From NCBI GenBank assembly GCA_024691015.1, contig JAILOD010000104.1:2525-66524 (forward strand): DNA of 64,000 nucleotides. Direction: 5' to 3'. Source of the stretch: Lachnospiraceae bacterium (GTDB lineage Bacteria; Bacillota; Clostridia; Lachnospirales; Lachnospiraceae). Below the pieces are notes generated by a model. That model saw only the letters and a program-made list of their open reading frames with translations, was not told where the DNA came from and searched no databases. The translations under genes and the position numbers were made by a program. Below are positions 46,663 to 57,200 of the stretch, piece after piece; the first letter of the stretch is position 1, and every line of letters starts with the position of its first letter.

Positions 46663-48060
46663 ATGGGTTTAGGCGCAGCATTAGATTATATAACCGATAA
46701 CGACAGGGCAGGGTATGAACCGCTTCCCAGTTATAACTTTGTAATGCAGGTAGAAGGTTTGTTTTACATACCCTTAAAGAGCGTAAGAGCATTTACGAAG
46801 GAAAATGAATACGAATACATACAGGAAGGCGGAGTTAACGATTATGTTCATATGATCAGAAAGTCCATCTCAAAGCCGTTTACCTTCCAGGTTGAAAAAT
46901 ATGTAGGTCAGAGAAATATCGATCAGTTTGATCCCATTGCGAACGGTACAGAGCTTATGCTTCCCATATTTCTCTGGGTATACAGAAGCACGGCCAAGAG
47001 AGGCTTTTCCGATAAAGACAGTGCACCTGAATATTTTGGAAGGCTCTACACCTTTACCGGCTGCAGTGTTACCAATAAGGAATACGGAGAACTGAATGCC
47101 GAAAAGAGCGGACTCTTAACCGAGGTTACTACCATTGCCTACAGAGAGCTGGTAGTTATCACAAATATCTTTGAGAGCACATCAGTCGGTGAAGTGTTTG
47201 ATTTCAAGAAGGCAGCCGAGGCAGCGGCATCCGGAAAGCTTGTATTGCCTGATAATCCGAGGATCGATCCCAAAGTTAAGAATGATAAGGATCTTTACAT
47301 TAACGATAAGCTGATGATGGCTTATAACTGGAACAATCCCGGCAAGATTCCCACTGATCCGAAGACCGGAAAGCCGGTACGTAATTCCGAAAACCTCTGG
47401 GAGATGAACAATAATGGCGTAGCACAGCTTGAGCCCAAGAATGAATATGTTTTAAATGAATTTGATAAAAATAAGATGGATCTTGTTTTGGATAAGAGGA
47501 AAATGAAGGCTTACGCAGACAAGGACAGTAAGGATAAATGGGACATGAAGGCTGAGACCGGAGGAGTTGCAAGACCGGCCAAACAAATGAAAACAAAGCC
47601 GGATCTCATTCCAATGTCACCCTATGACGGAATGAAGCAGAAGCTGAATTATTCCAGCGGCAGCGCCGAAGATGACAGGCAATGGGGATTCCCGGAAAGT
47701 CAGTATGACCTCTCAATGTCCGCCAAGGACAGGGCCACTGTTGCAAAGGGCAAAGGCAAGCAGAGTGCGGCACAGCCCAAGAACGCCGGAACTTATGCGG
47801 AAACGGTTGGCTGGCCCAAGGATTCAAGGCGTCAGATGCCCGATAAGGAAAACACAAATCCCCCTGCAGAACCGAGGATATGGGGCATGCCTGAATCGCA
47901 GTACGATCTTCATACACCTACGGCGGAAATGTATAATACCGCACAGGGCACGGGCAGAAGAAGTGCTATCGTACCGGCAAATGCCGGAGAAATGGCCGAA
48001 ACGGTAATGTGGCCGCCCACAAGAAGAGCTCTTATGGCAGATGCACTTGATAATAAATGA
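46663..48060 (+). CDS. Second tube-family protein (Afp5-like) with ~280-aa C-terminal extension containing a two-unit repeat
   Basis: The N-terminus 'YNFVMQVEGLFYIPLKSVRAFTKENEYEYIQEGGVNDYVHMIRKSISKPFTFQVEKYVG' is gp19-type. The C-terminus repeats 'WG(F/M)PESQYDL...NAG..AETV.WP' with a 198-nt period, starting at 47683 and 47881. Confidence 0.7.
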   Translation: MGLGAALDYITDNDRAGYEPLPSYNFVMQVEGLFYIPLKSVRAFTKENEYEYIQEGGVNDYVHMIRKSISKPFTFQVEKYVGQRNIDQFDPIANGTELMLPIFLWVYRSTAKRGFSDKDSAPEYFGRLYTFTGCSVTNKEYGELNAEKSGLLTEVTTIAYRELVVITNIFESTSVGEVFDFKKAAEAAASGKLVLPDNPRIDPKVKNDKDLYINDKLMMAYNWNNPGKIPTDPKTGKPVRNSENLWEMNNNGVAQLEPKNEYVLNEFDKNKMDLVLDKRKMKAYADKDSKDKWDMKAETGGVARPAKQMKTKPDLIPMSPYDGMKQKLNYSSGSAEDDRQWGFPESQYDLSMSAKDRATVAKGKGKQSAAQPKNAGTYAETVGWPKDSRRQMPDKENTNPPAEPRIWGMPESQYDLHTPTAEMYNTAQGTGRRSAIVPANAGEMAETVMWPPTRRALMADALDNK

Positions 48061-48076
48061 TCACAGGGTTTAACAG

Positions 48077-49960
48077 ATGCTTAAGATAAAGGCTCCGATC
48101 GAGCTAAAGGTAAAAACTTCATATGTTTCGAGCAGTGAGGATTTTTATCATCGCATTACCGGCAATTATGAGCTTTTAACGGCCGGTATTACAAGCGAGG
48201 ATCTTTTGCATGTCGTTAATACACCTCCGGAGATCTACATAGCCGAAGGCGAGGGAATGACCAGCATCATAAATTCCAACCGTTCCACCGAGCTGAATTA
48301 CCAGAAGGTTGATATATTAAACAACGTACTGAACAGGGTAATGGTAAGCGCAAAAGGCGAGCTCACCTATCAGGACAGGGTTTTTATCACGGATGCCCTG
48401 TACAAGCTGGGGATCAGGGATGACAGAAGGTTTATGGAACAGGTTTATGAAATAATGAACGAGACCAGAAACCTCAATAAGATCGTGGATGTATTCGTTC
48501 AGAATTTCGGAGATGTCAGGAATTTCAGGGAAGAGATAAACGAGATCGCCAATACCTTAAACAGAAACGAATACGAAGCCGTAAGGGAAGAAAACGACAA
48601 CAGGCTCTATGAGAGCATCTTAAACCGCTTAAATACAGGGGCCGTTTATCAGATAGTTTCAAATTTTAACACAAGTGTTGACGAAAATACCTTTGAGTCA
48701 AACGAATATGCTCTTTCCGAGCAGACTTATATGGCTCTGAACATGCTCTCCGACAGGATAATAGGCATGGCACGCGGGGAAAGAGTACCGCTGGTATATA
48801 ATAACGAGAATGTCTATGAAGAAGACATTGAAAACAATCTGATAGAAGAGAGTACGGAAACAAACATGGTCACAAGTGCCGTGCTTCTTGACATGATAAG
48901 AAATATTTACAATACCGGTTTTGCAAGGTTCAACAATACCACCAATCAGTATTACAGCTTTGCAAATACCCTGTACCGTTCATCGGATAACACTCTGCAG
49001 AGGCTTAAGATAGAGACCGCAAATGCGATAAATTATTACAACGAATTAAACGAAGTTCAGAATATAATAGAAAACGAGATAACCGAGATGGAACCGGCGC
49101 CACTCCCTCCTTCCCGCGAAGAGGAAGAGATAGCTCTCGGAGAAGAGATAAACCGGATCAATATCAGAAATGAGGAAAACAGAAAGAGATATCAGGAATA
49201 TGTAAGAAATATAGAGAGAAGATTCCAAAGAAGCCGGCCGAGAAAGAGCCCCAAGGACACCATGAGGGATGCGGCCAGGGCATTGGAGAATCCGGAAGAG
49301 GTTGTTCAACAGCTTAAGGAAGAAGAGGGTCTTCAGGATGAGATACGTAAGGAGATCTACAGGGAGACTATGAAATTCTTCCCCGAAAATACCAGAAAGA
49401 TCTTCGAGATCGTTGAGCAGTATTATGCCGGAGATAACACCAATATCATAAACGGGAATTTAAGCGTGAACAATATAAGCCAGCTTATCTACGATATTGA
49501 GCGGGTAGAAGAGGACAACAGGCGGATAGAAGAGTTAAACAATATCAAAAACGAATCCACCACTCAGATAGAAAATGTAAGAAAGCTTATCGATACTAAA
49601 GCACCGTCCGTTCCGGGTGAAGCACCTTCGGCTGATATGTATTCTTCACCGGCCTCTACGGTTCACAGAGTAAATGAATCGGTTTCAAGCGAAGAGGTTC
49701 TGGAGGCTATGGAAAACTATCAGAGAAACATCCGCCGTCAGATGAAGGAAGAAATAAAGGATGAGATAGTAACCGAAAACAGAACGGCAACAAACAGGGT
49801 TGTAAATGAGATAAACACAGTTCAGAATTACGATACAAACCTGGATATACAGGGCCTTATCGCAGACGGAGTAAGAAGAGAGATAGGCAGTATTTCCGAT
49901 CAGGTATATAACAGGATAGAGAGACAGATGATGAATGAGAAGAGCAGACGAGGGTTTTAA
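48077..49960 (+). CDS. Putative tape-measure / length-determining protein
   Basis: It occupies the slot between the tube/chaperone genes and the tube-initiator genes. It is a 627-aa E/N/R/I-rich, predicted helical protein with no TM and no enzymatic motif. The call rests on position and composition only. Confidence 0.35.
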   Translation: MLKIKAPIELKVKTSYVSSSEDFYHRITGNYELLTAGITSEDLLHVVNTPPEIYIAEGEGMTSIINSNRSTELNYQKVDILNNVLNRVMVSAKGELTYQDRVFITDALYKLGIRDDRRFMEQVYEIMNETRNLNKIVDVFVQNFGDVRNFREEINEIANTLNRNEYEAVREENDNRLYESILNRLNTGAVYQIVSNFNTSVDENTFESNEYALSEQTYMALNMLSDRIIGMARGERVPLVYNNENVYEEDIENNLIEESTETNMVTSAVLLDMIRNIYNTGFARFNNTTNQYYSFANTLYRSSDNTLQRLKIETANAINYYNELNEVQNIIENEITEMEPAPLPPSREEEEIALGEEINRINIRNEENRKRYQEYVRNIERRFQRSRPRKSPKDTMRDAARALENPEEVVQQLKEEEGLQDEIRKEIYRETMKFFPENTRKIFEIVEQYYAGDNTNIINGNLSVNNISQLIYDIERVEEDNRRIEELNNIKNESTTQIENVRKLIDTKAPSVPGEAPSADMYSSPASTVHRVNESVSSEEVLEAMENYQRNIRRQMKEEIKDEIVTENRTATNRVVNEINTVQNYDTNLDIQGLIADGVRREIGSISDQVYNRIERQMMNEKSRRGF

Positions 49961-49962
49961 TC

Positions 49963-50823
49963 ATGGTAGTTGATAAGGCGCTTTTATGTATAGTGGATGT
50001 AGACAAGGTAAATGACGAGACGCCAATAAAGAATATTGTTGATGATGCAAACATGCTTTCTTCATTGTTGCGTGGCTATGGAACGGCACATCACAAGATG
50101 TCTACCGCAAAATTTCTTGAGGACGTTAAGGGAACGCTTACATCCGCCTTGAATCCCAAAACCATGGATGGTGCAAGGGGAGATGTAGGTTCGTTTGATC
50201 CCAACTGGTACAAGGAAGCATTTGCAACTGTTTCGTATTTTAAGGCTTTTGAGGTACAGTACAATCCGTCGAGTATTCACTTTGATACAGCTGCCGGTAA
50301 ACAGGAAAACTTAAGAAAACAGCAGGGAAATTCATTTGAAGATATGATCTACTCGCAGAACTTCTCCGGTATCACAAATATGAGCCTCCAGCTCGTGTTT
50401 GACGATACCACGGTAAGTGATGCTTTTATGCTGCAGAATACACAGCCGAACCTAAGCAACACAAAATCAATGGTTCAGTCCCTTGTGGGGGGAGAGCATT
50501 CGGTAAGACAGAAGGTGGACGCTCTTGTAGGTCTTCTTACGGATCCGCTTTACAGGCAGGTAGTCTTCTTCTGGGGAGACATGAATTTCAGAGGTGAGCT
50601 TGCCCGTGTTAATGCAAGGTATTCAATGTTCAATACGCAGGGAAACCCGGTAAGAGCTACTGTAGACCTTTTCATCTCACAGGATTCGGATAAAAAGGAT
50701 TACGAATATGATGAGCTGCAGTGGATGAAAGCATTCGGGAAGGTATTTAACGAAAAAACCGGAATCGGAGGCTTCGGCGGAAGCAGCGTGTTAAACGGAA
50801 ATCTTTTGAATATAAAGCTTTAA
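49963..50823 (+). CDS. CIS tube-initiator family protein (Afp7/Pvc7 N-domain-like), paralog 1
   Basis: 'FEVQYNPSSIHF' and 'VVFFWGDMNFRGELARVNARYSMFNTQGNPVRATVDLFI' match the FNPe...WG...G.P.RA pattern of CIS_tube proteins. Confidence 0.65.
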   Translation: MVVDKALLCIVDVDKVNDETPIKNIVDDANMLSSLLRGYGTAHHKMSTAKFLEDVKGTLTSALNPKTMDGARGDVGSFDPNWYKEAFATVSYFKAFEVQYNPSSIHFDTAAGKQENLRKQQGNSFEDMIYSQNFSGITNMSLQLVFDDTTVSDAFMLQNTQPNLSNTKSMVQSLVGGEHSVRQKVDALVGLLTDPLYRQVVFFWGDMNFRGELARVNARYSMFNTQGNPVRATVDLFISQDSDKKDYEYDELQWMKAFGKVFNEKTGIGGFGGSSVLNGNLLNIKL

Positions 50824-50836
50824 GGAGGGATCGGTT

Positions 50837-51658
50837 ATGGACTTTGGAAGTAATGTGGCCAATATGGCCAAATCAATGGTCGGCTTAACCGCAAAGGCCG
50901 TGATAGAGATAACGGATCTCAGAGGCAGACCTAAAAAAGAAGAAGAGATAGCAAAACTTAAGGAAAATAAGGGAGCGGGCTTTTCTGCCGCCGACCTTGC
51001 TTCATCCTTCAATCCCGGATTTGCGAAGAGCTATATCAATAACGTTCTTTTGAATGGAACGGATATCGGATATGCCGGCTTTAAGAATTCAAAAAAGAAA
51101 GTATTTACGGTTCAGTTCAATCCTTCGGAAATAAGGATTGGCGGCTACGCCGGAGGTCGTGTGTCAAAGCTGAGCTTCCAGAACATCGGAAATTCCAAAA
51201 CAGGTGCAGCGGATGCCCGTGTTACCTTTTCGGCAAGGCTTATTTTTGATAAGACAGATACACTGGGGGCATTTCCTTACGATAAATTCAACATGTCTCC
51301 TTCTTCGATCGCAACAGGAGTTGCAAAGCTTGCGAAAAAGGGGGTGGCCGACAGATCGGTGCAGCCTGAGGTTGAAGCCTTTACGGCAGCCTTAAGAGAC
51401 CCGGATTTAAGACTTATATCCTTTATCTGGGGTGATATGAGATACGAGGGAATCTTAAATACCGTGGCAAGCCAATATGCAATGTTCAACACAAACGGCG
51501 AGCCTTGTCGTGCTTTTGTGGATATTACCATAGTCTGTGTTGACGAAGCAGAGCACATCGAATCTGCGGATATCTTCAGAAGACAGGTTAAGGAATTCTT
51601 CGGAAACGGCCTGGATTCCAAGAAGGTTGTTGCCAATATGGGAAAATCATTGCTCTGA
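50837..51658 (+). CDS. CIS tube-initiator family protein, paralog 2
   Basis: 'FTVQFNPSEIRI' and 'ISFIWGDMRYEGILNTVASQYAMFNTNGEPCRAFVDITI' are collinear with the upstream paralog. Confidence 0.65.
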   Translation: MDFGSNVANMAKSMVGLTAKAVIEITDLRGRPKKEEEIAKLKENKGAGFSAADLASSFNPGFAKSYINNVLLNGTDIGYAGFKNSKKKVFTVQFNPSEIRIGGYAGGRVSKLSFQNIGNSKTGAADARVTFSARLIFDKTDTLGAFPYDKFNMSPSSIATGVAKLAKKGVADRSVQPEVEAFTAALRDPDLRLISFIWGDMRYEGILNTVASQYAMFNTNGEPCRAFVDITIVCVDEAEHIESADIFRRQVKEFFGNGLDSKKVVANMGKSLL

Positions 51659-51700
51659 TATTTTTGATCATAAAGGCCATAAAGGAGAAAGCAGCTATAA

Positions 51701-52849
51701 ATGGCTACATATAATTTTGAAGAACTGAAAAAGAAATACGAGAAGTTTTACAAGCCCATTTATTCAGTAAAGGTTGGGGGGAATGAGCTGTTCGGTGGAA
51801 AGCTTCATTACGACCTTGAGAGGATATCGATAGATCTGACCAGTGATTACAAGGCCAGTATCGCAACCATCTGTATTAACGGTGTATATGATAGCAACAA
51901 GGGAGAATTCAATACTCCGAAGATCAAGAAGATGATCCTTTTGGGAAGCGATATCCTGGTAAGCTTAGGCTACGGTGTCACGATCAAGGAGGTTTTCAGA
52001 GGCTTTATCTCAAAGGTTGATTTTGTCTATGACCTGGCCTTCTATGAAGAGCCTGTGGTTATAATCACTGCTATGGATATAAAGGGCATAATGATGGCAA
52101 ATAATTCTTCCAAAAGGCTTACGGCCAGCTATTATTCGGATGCCGTCAAGGAGATATTCGACCAGCCCGTTTACAGCAATCTGAAAAACAGCGGTATTGT
52201 GGGAAGTTTTGATATCACAAATACTCCCGATAAGCCGCAGGCACAGTCGGGGCAGCCAAAGGATGTCCGTATAGAGATGGTCGGAGAGAGTGATTACGAT
52301 TTTGTGGTAAAGGTTGCAAAACGCTTTAATTACGAATTCTTCTCACAGGGAAAATATGTTTACTTCAGGAAGGCCAAAAGCAGCTCCGAGATGCTGATGG
52401 ATATATCCCCGAATCCCTATGTTTACAGCTATGACGTTTCCTATGACATATCAGGTCTTGTGGGCAAGGTGGATGTCAGGGGAGTGGATATCACAAAGGG
52501 AAAGACCATTACTGCCTCGGCAAAGAATTCAAATAAATTATCAAGCGGAAATAAGGCGAAGGCTCTTATATCCAAACAGACCAAGGTTTATGTGGATGCA
52601 GCGGTTGAAACAAAGGATGACGCACAGTTTCTGGCAACATCGCTTCTTGATGATATGGCCTACCGTTTAGGCTCCTTAAGACTTAATATGATAGGGCTTC
52701 CCGAGGCTCTTCCGGGGTCGTTCATCAACTTTACGCAGATAGGAACCGGAGTTTCCAATAAGTTTTATATCACGGATGTAAATCACAGTATCAGTAAAAA
52801 CGGAGTATACACCGTTACCCTGCAGGGAAAGAGTGCAGGGGTTATTTAA
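51701..52849 (+). CDS. Late-control gpD-like baseplate hub protein
   Basis: At 382 aa it has a size typical of gpD. It sits directly upstream of the gpV-like spike. The C-terminal 'FYITDVNHSISKNGVYTVTLQG' looks gpD-like. Confidence 0.55.
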   Translation: MATYNFEELKKKYEKFYKPIYSVKVGGNELFGGKLHYDLERISIDLTSDYKASIATICINGVYDSNKGEFNTPKIKKMILLGSDILVSLGYGVTIKEVFRGFISKVDFVYDLAFYEEPVVIITAMDIKGIMMANNSSKRLTASYYSDAVKEIFDQPVYSNLKNSGIVGSFDITNTPDKPQAQSGQPKDVRIEMVGESDYDFVVKVAKRFNYEFFSQGKYVYFRKAKSSSEMLMDISPNPYVYSYDVSYDISGLVGKVDVRGVDITKGKTITASAKNSNKLSSGNKAKALISKQTKVYVDAAVETKDDAQFLATSLLDDMAYRLGSLRLNMIGLPEALPGSFINFTQIGTGVSNKFYITDVNHSISKNGVYTVTLQGKSAGVI

Positions 52850-52860
52850 GGAGAAAATTT

Positions 52861-53673
52861 ATGCCTTTTTTCGATATTATGGACGAGGTGGTAAAACACC
52901 AGGTTGAAAAAAACGAGACAGGAGAGAACAGGATATTCGGAGCGGTCATCGGTCAGGTTACAAAGAATTACGATAAGGAACGCGCAGGTTATATCCAGAT
53001 CTCGATAAACGCCCGTGATTACACCGAGAGCAAGCAGGTGTGGGCGAGGATGGCTTTTCCTTACTCGGGTTCCAAATGGGGAGAATATTTCATCCCCGAA
53101 ATAGGAGACCAGGTAATAGTGGTCTTTGAGCATGGAAACATAGCCCGGCCCTTTGTTGTAGGCTGTATCCCGAAGGACAACGACCAGTTTCTCACCAAGT
53201 CCGTGGATGAAAAGAACAAATTTAAAAAGATAACCACAAAGAACGGAAATACAATAACCTTTGAAGATAATCCCGAAGGCGACGGCGAAAAGGATAAGAT
53301 ATTTATAAACACCTCAAAGGAAGCCAATAAGATACATCTTGATAATGAAAAGAAGATCATTCTTATCTCTGATAAGGAAGGCGAGAACAAGATCGAGATG
53401 AAGAATGAGCAGGGGCAGATGGAGATCATCGCCAAGCAGAAGCTCACAATAAAGGTTGGCGACAATATCAAGATCATTATGAACGGAAGCAACGGCACCA
53501 TTGATATCCAGTCCACTAAGATAAAAGCCGAGGCCTCCAATTCCGTGAATATATCTTCAAACACAAATATGAAGATGGAAGGCGGAAATGTTACCGTAAA
53601 CGGAAATTCGATATTAAAGCTGTCCAGCAGCGGGCCGGTAAGCGTAGAAGGAACACCGGTCAAGCTTGGTTAA
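52861..53673 (+). CDS. Baseplate spike protein (gpV / gp5 OB-fold + beta-helix)
   Basis: 'GAVIGQVTKNYDKERAGYIQISI...WARMAFPYSGSKWGEYFIPEIGDQVIVVFEHGNIARPFVVGCI' is followed by repetitive beta-helix segments. Confidence 0.8.
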   Translation: MPFFDIMDEVVKHQVEKNETGENRIFGAVIGQVTKNYDKERAGYIQISINARDYTESKQVWARMAFPYSGSKWGEYFIPEIGDQVIVVFEHGNIARPFVVGCIPKDNDQFLTKSVDEKNKFKKITTKNGNTITFEDNPEGDGEKDKIFINTSKEANKIHLDNEKKIILISDKEGENKIEMKNEQGQMEIIAKQKLTIKVGDNIKIIMNGSNGTIDIQSTKIKAEASNSVNISSNTNMKMEGGNVTVNGNSILKLSSSGPVSVEGTPVKLG

Positions 53674-53755
53674 ATATATCTCAGCGGGATGCCCCGCCTC
53701 TAAGAAAGGTGTAGGCAGGAAAAAGCGAGACTTGAATTGAATCAGGAGATGAAAA

Positions 53756-54235
53756 ATGGCAAATGAACTTGATTTTTTAGGGACGGGAATGAAGTTTCCG
53801 CCGGAAATAGATAAGGCAACGGGGCGGTTCGCAACCTCCTCCGGAGCAAAAAGTGTTAAGGAATCGGTATATCTTATCCTTATGACACAGCTAACAGAGC
53901 GTATAACAAGGCCGGATTTCGGTACGGATATCATGGGTTACACCTTTATGGATACGGGAAGCACTATCCTGGCTATGATGAGAAGGGATATAACGGAAAG
54001 TCTTATGAGACAGGAGCCGCGGATATCCGATGTCGAGATAAATACGGATCTTTCAGAAAAGTCCGGATATGTTATGATCTACATCGACTATACGCTGGCC
54101 GGGACCAACCAGAGGGACAATATGGTATTTCCGTTCTACTTAAATACCGATGTTCCCGAGGAAGAGGAAGAGGAAGAATTCTACGAACCGGAGGTTATTG
54201 ATGTGGATATGACCGAAGGGACAGAAAATACTTAA
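53756..54235 (+). CDS. GPW/gp25 family baseplate wedge protein
   Basis: 'FLGTGMKFPPEID...SVKESVYLILMTQLTERITRPDFGTDIMGYTF' matches the gp25 pattern. Confidence 0.85.
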   Translation: MANELDFLGTGMKFPPEIDKATGRFATSSGAKSVKESVYLILMTQLTERITRPDFGTDIMGYTFMDTGSTILAMMRRDITESLMRQEPRISDVEINTDLSEKSGYVMIYIDYTLAGTNQRDNMVFPFYLNTDVPEEEEEEEFYEPEVIDVDMTEGTENT

Positions 54236-54254
54236 AGTATAAGGATCTTAAAGA

Positions 54255-57200
54255 ATGAAAAACATTGATGAGCGTACTGCTGCCGATATAGAAAATCAAA
54301 TAGAGTATTTAAGAAAACAATACACACCCGAATGGCATTTTACGACCGAGAATCCTGATATAGGTTCCACGATAGCCAGGATATTTGCCAGACAGATGCA
54401 GGAAAATATCGGTGTTCTTAATAATATAATGGACCGCTATCACGCAGAATTCGTGAATATGCTGGATCTATCTCTTCGCCCTGCAACACCGGCGGGGAGC
54501 CTTGTGGTGTTTAATCTTGTTGAGAATTCCGTTGAAGGAACCAAGATCCCGAAGGGCACAAAGCTTATGACCAATTCGGATCTGGTTGACGGCTCCAACA
54601 TCATATTTGAAACGGACAGAAGCCTTTATGTAACATCCTCACATATCACGGATGTTTTCATGACCGATGGTGAAATGGGAACGATCGTGCCCTTAAAGGG
54701 CAGGTTTGAAAAGCCGGTCGTAGTTGAAGGCGAGTTCAAGAAAAAGAGCGACGAGGAGAGTGAAGAAGAGGCGATGGAGGAGGATATCACCGTATCTCCC
54801 GAGGAAGAGCCCTATAATCTGCTTCAGCCCTTTATTCTTTTCGGTGAGACAAATCACATCGGAAGAAGCGTTCTGGTGCTTTATCATGAAAGTCTCTTTG
54901 ATTCTACCGACGATCCTGTTTTCATCAGGCTTGAGGGGAATGAAGAGCTCGCTCACAGGATAGAAAAAGGCGAATTTGTATTCAAGTATTATTCAAACGA
55001 AGGCATGACGGAGTTTGATTCGGTTCAGCTGATCGACGATAAGGAAACCTTCGCACTCAAGAAATCGAAGGAGTTAAGAAAGGTCGGACCTTCCGAGGAT
55101 AAACAGTACGGTATCGTTATAATTGAGGCTAAGAATATCCTTACAGAAGCTATAAGGCTTAACGGCATCGGCATTTCATCCAGCGGTGATCTTGAAGAAC
55201 CCGATCTCATCACTGACGGCTCCAATGAGTATTCCAACAAGGGCTTTGATATATTTACCGATACCCTTTCAAATTATAATGAATGTTACATCTGCCATAA
55301 CCGGTATTTTTCCAAGGCGGGTGCAAAGGTTAAGATCACCTTCCATACGGTCTACAGAGAGCATGATCTGCTCCTTAGCCCTAAGGAAGAGATGAATGAA
55401 TTAAAGATAATAAAGAGAAAGCCCAAGGCTGTATGGGCCGAGAGGATGACAGATGTCTTCGCCGATGAGATTGCAGTGGAGTATTTTAACGGCATAGGCT
55501 GGAAAAAGCTTCCTCTTGACTTTGAGGTTACCGATATGTTTGCGCGTGAGAATCCCGGAGATTACACGATCAGCTTTACGGCACCCGATGACTGGGCAGA
55601 AAGCGAGGAAGGTGCATACAGCGGAAGAAGTGTAAGGATACAGCTTATCAAGGCAAATAACTGCTATATGAGGCCTACGCTTCATCATTATCCGAGGGTA
55701 TCCAATGTAAAGATCTCCTTCAGCTACGAGGGAAAATATATAGATCCCCAGAAGGTTGAAATGATCCACGGCACAAAGAAGGATGACATCACCCTTTTGT
55801 TAAAGGGAGAGGATGGCTTTACAGCTCTTACGGGAACCGACTACACGGAGGATTCGCTCTACATAGGGCTTGATAAGAAGATGGAGGACGGACCTGTTTC
55901 GTTATTCTTCCAGCTTAAGGACATCAACAATCAGAGCGAGCTGAAATGCCGTTTTGAATACAGTACCATTAACGGGTTCAAGCCCATGAGGGTGCTTGAC
56001 TTTACGGATGATTTTTCAAAGTCCGGTATCGTTGTATTTATGCCGCCGTCAGATATGCACGATCTTTATCTCGAGGGCAGAAAGAAATACTGGATAAGGA
56101 TAGTCAGGAAGAACCGTACCGGAGAGGATGACAGCAAGCTCTTCCTTCCGAAGATCGACAATATATATATGAATGCGACAACGGTTACCAATACATCTAC
56201 CGGAGATGAGGAGGACTTCTTTATAGACGAGAGCGTCCCTGACATGAAATTTACCTTAAATGCCAACAACATTCTGGACACAGAGGTATGGGTAAATGAA
56301 AAGGGTTATATCTCCAAGAGTGAGATGAACAACCTGATGGAGACGGATAATTCCAATGTACGTGTGGAATACGACTATATAGGCAATGTTTCGGCCTTCT
56401 ACGTTAAGTGGAATGAGGTCGCAAGCTTTACCGAGGCCGAGGACAGGCGGTCCTATATATTGGACAGGCTTACTAACGAGATAATCTTCTCGGACGGGCT
56501 TATCTGTGATATTCCCAAGGTTACGGATGATATCGCTTTCAAGATACGTGTCCGTTCTTCCGATGGATTTCAGGGAAATGTTCCTGCGGGTTCCATTGAT
56601 GATTTCAAGGGACAGGTTCTGTTTATCGACAGTATCTTCAATCCAATGAAGGCATACGGAGGGTCAAGCCTTGAGACCATTCCGCAGGCTTTGAGGAGAG
56701 GCGCGAACATCATGCATTCAAGACGCCGTCTCGTTTCGATGGATGACTATCTGAGGACGATAGAGGCCTTCTCGGACGGAATAGACAAGGTGGCCGGAAT
56801 AGTAGGAGAGACCATCGACGGAAAGGTTTCCCAGGCGGATATTTCGTTTGTTCTTCTTATGAAGGATTACGAGGACGGTGCATTCTCCTTCCACAGGATA
56901 CACAAGCAGCTTAAGCAGTATCTGGAGAAACAGTGTGAGCTTACCATTTCCGCAGACAGGATCCACATTGTAGAGCCGCTTTTCGTGGATTTCTCCATAA
57001 ATGTATGGACGGAGATCTCTGATATAGATGACAGCTTTGAAATACAGGCCGACATAAAGGAAAGTCTGGAAAACTACTTAAATCCCGTCAGTACGGATGC
57101 AAATGACGGATGGGAGATAGGAACTCTTCCCAAAAAGAGCCAGATCCTTATGTGCCTCAGCGCACTGAAGAAAAGGGCGATAGTTAAGAGAATATCCATC

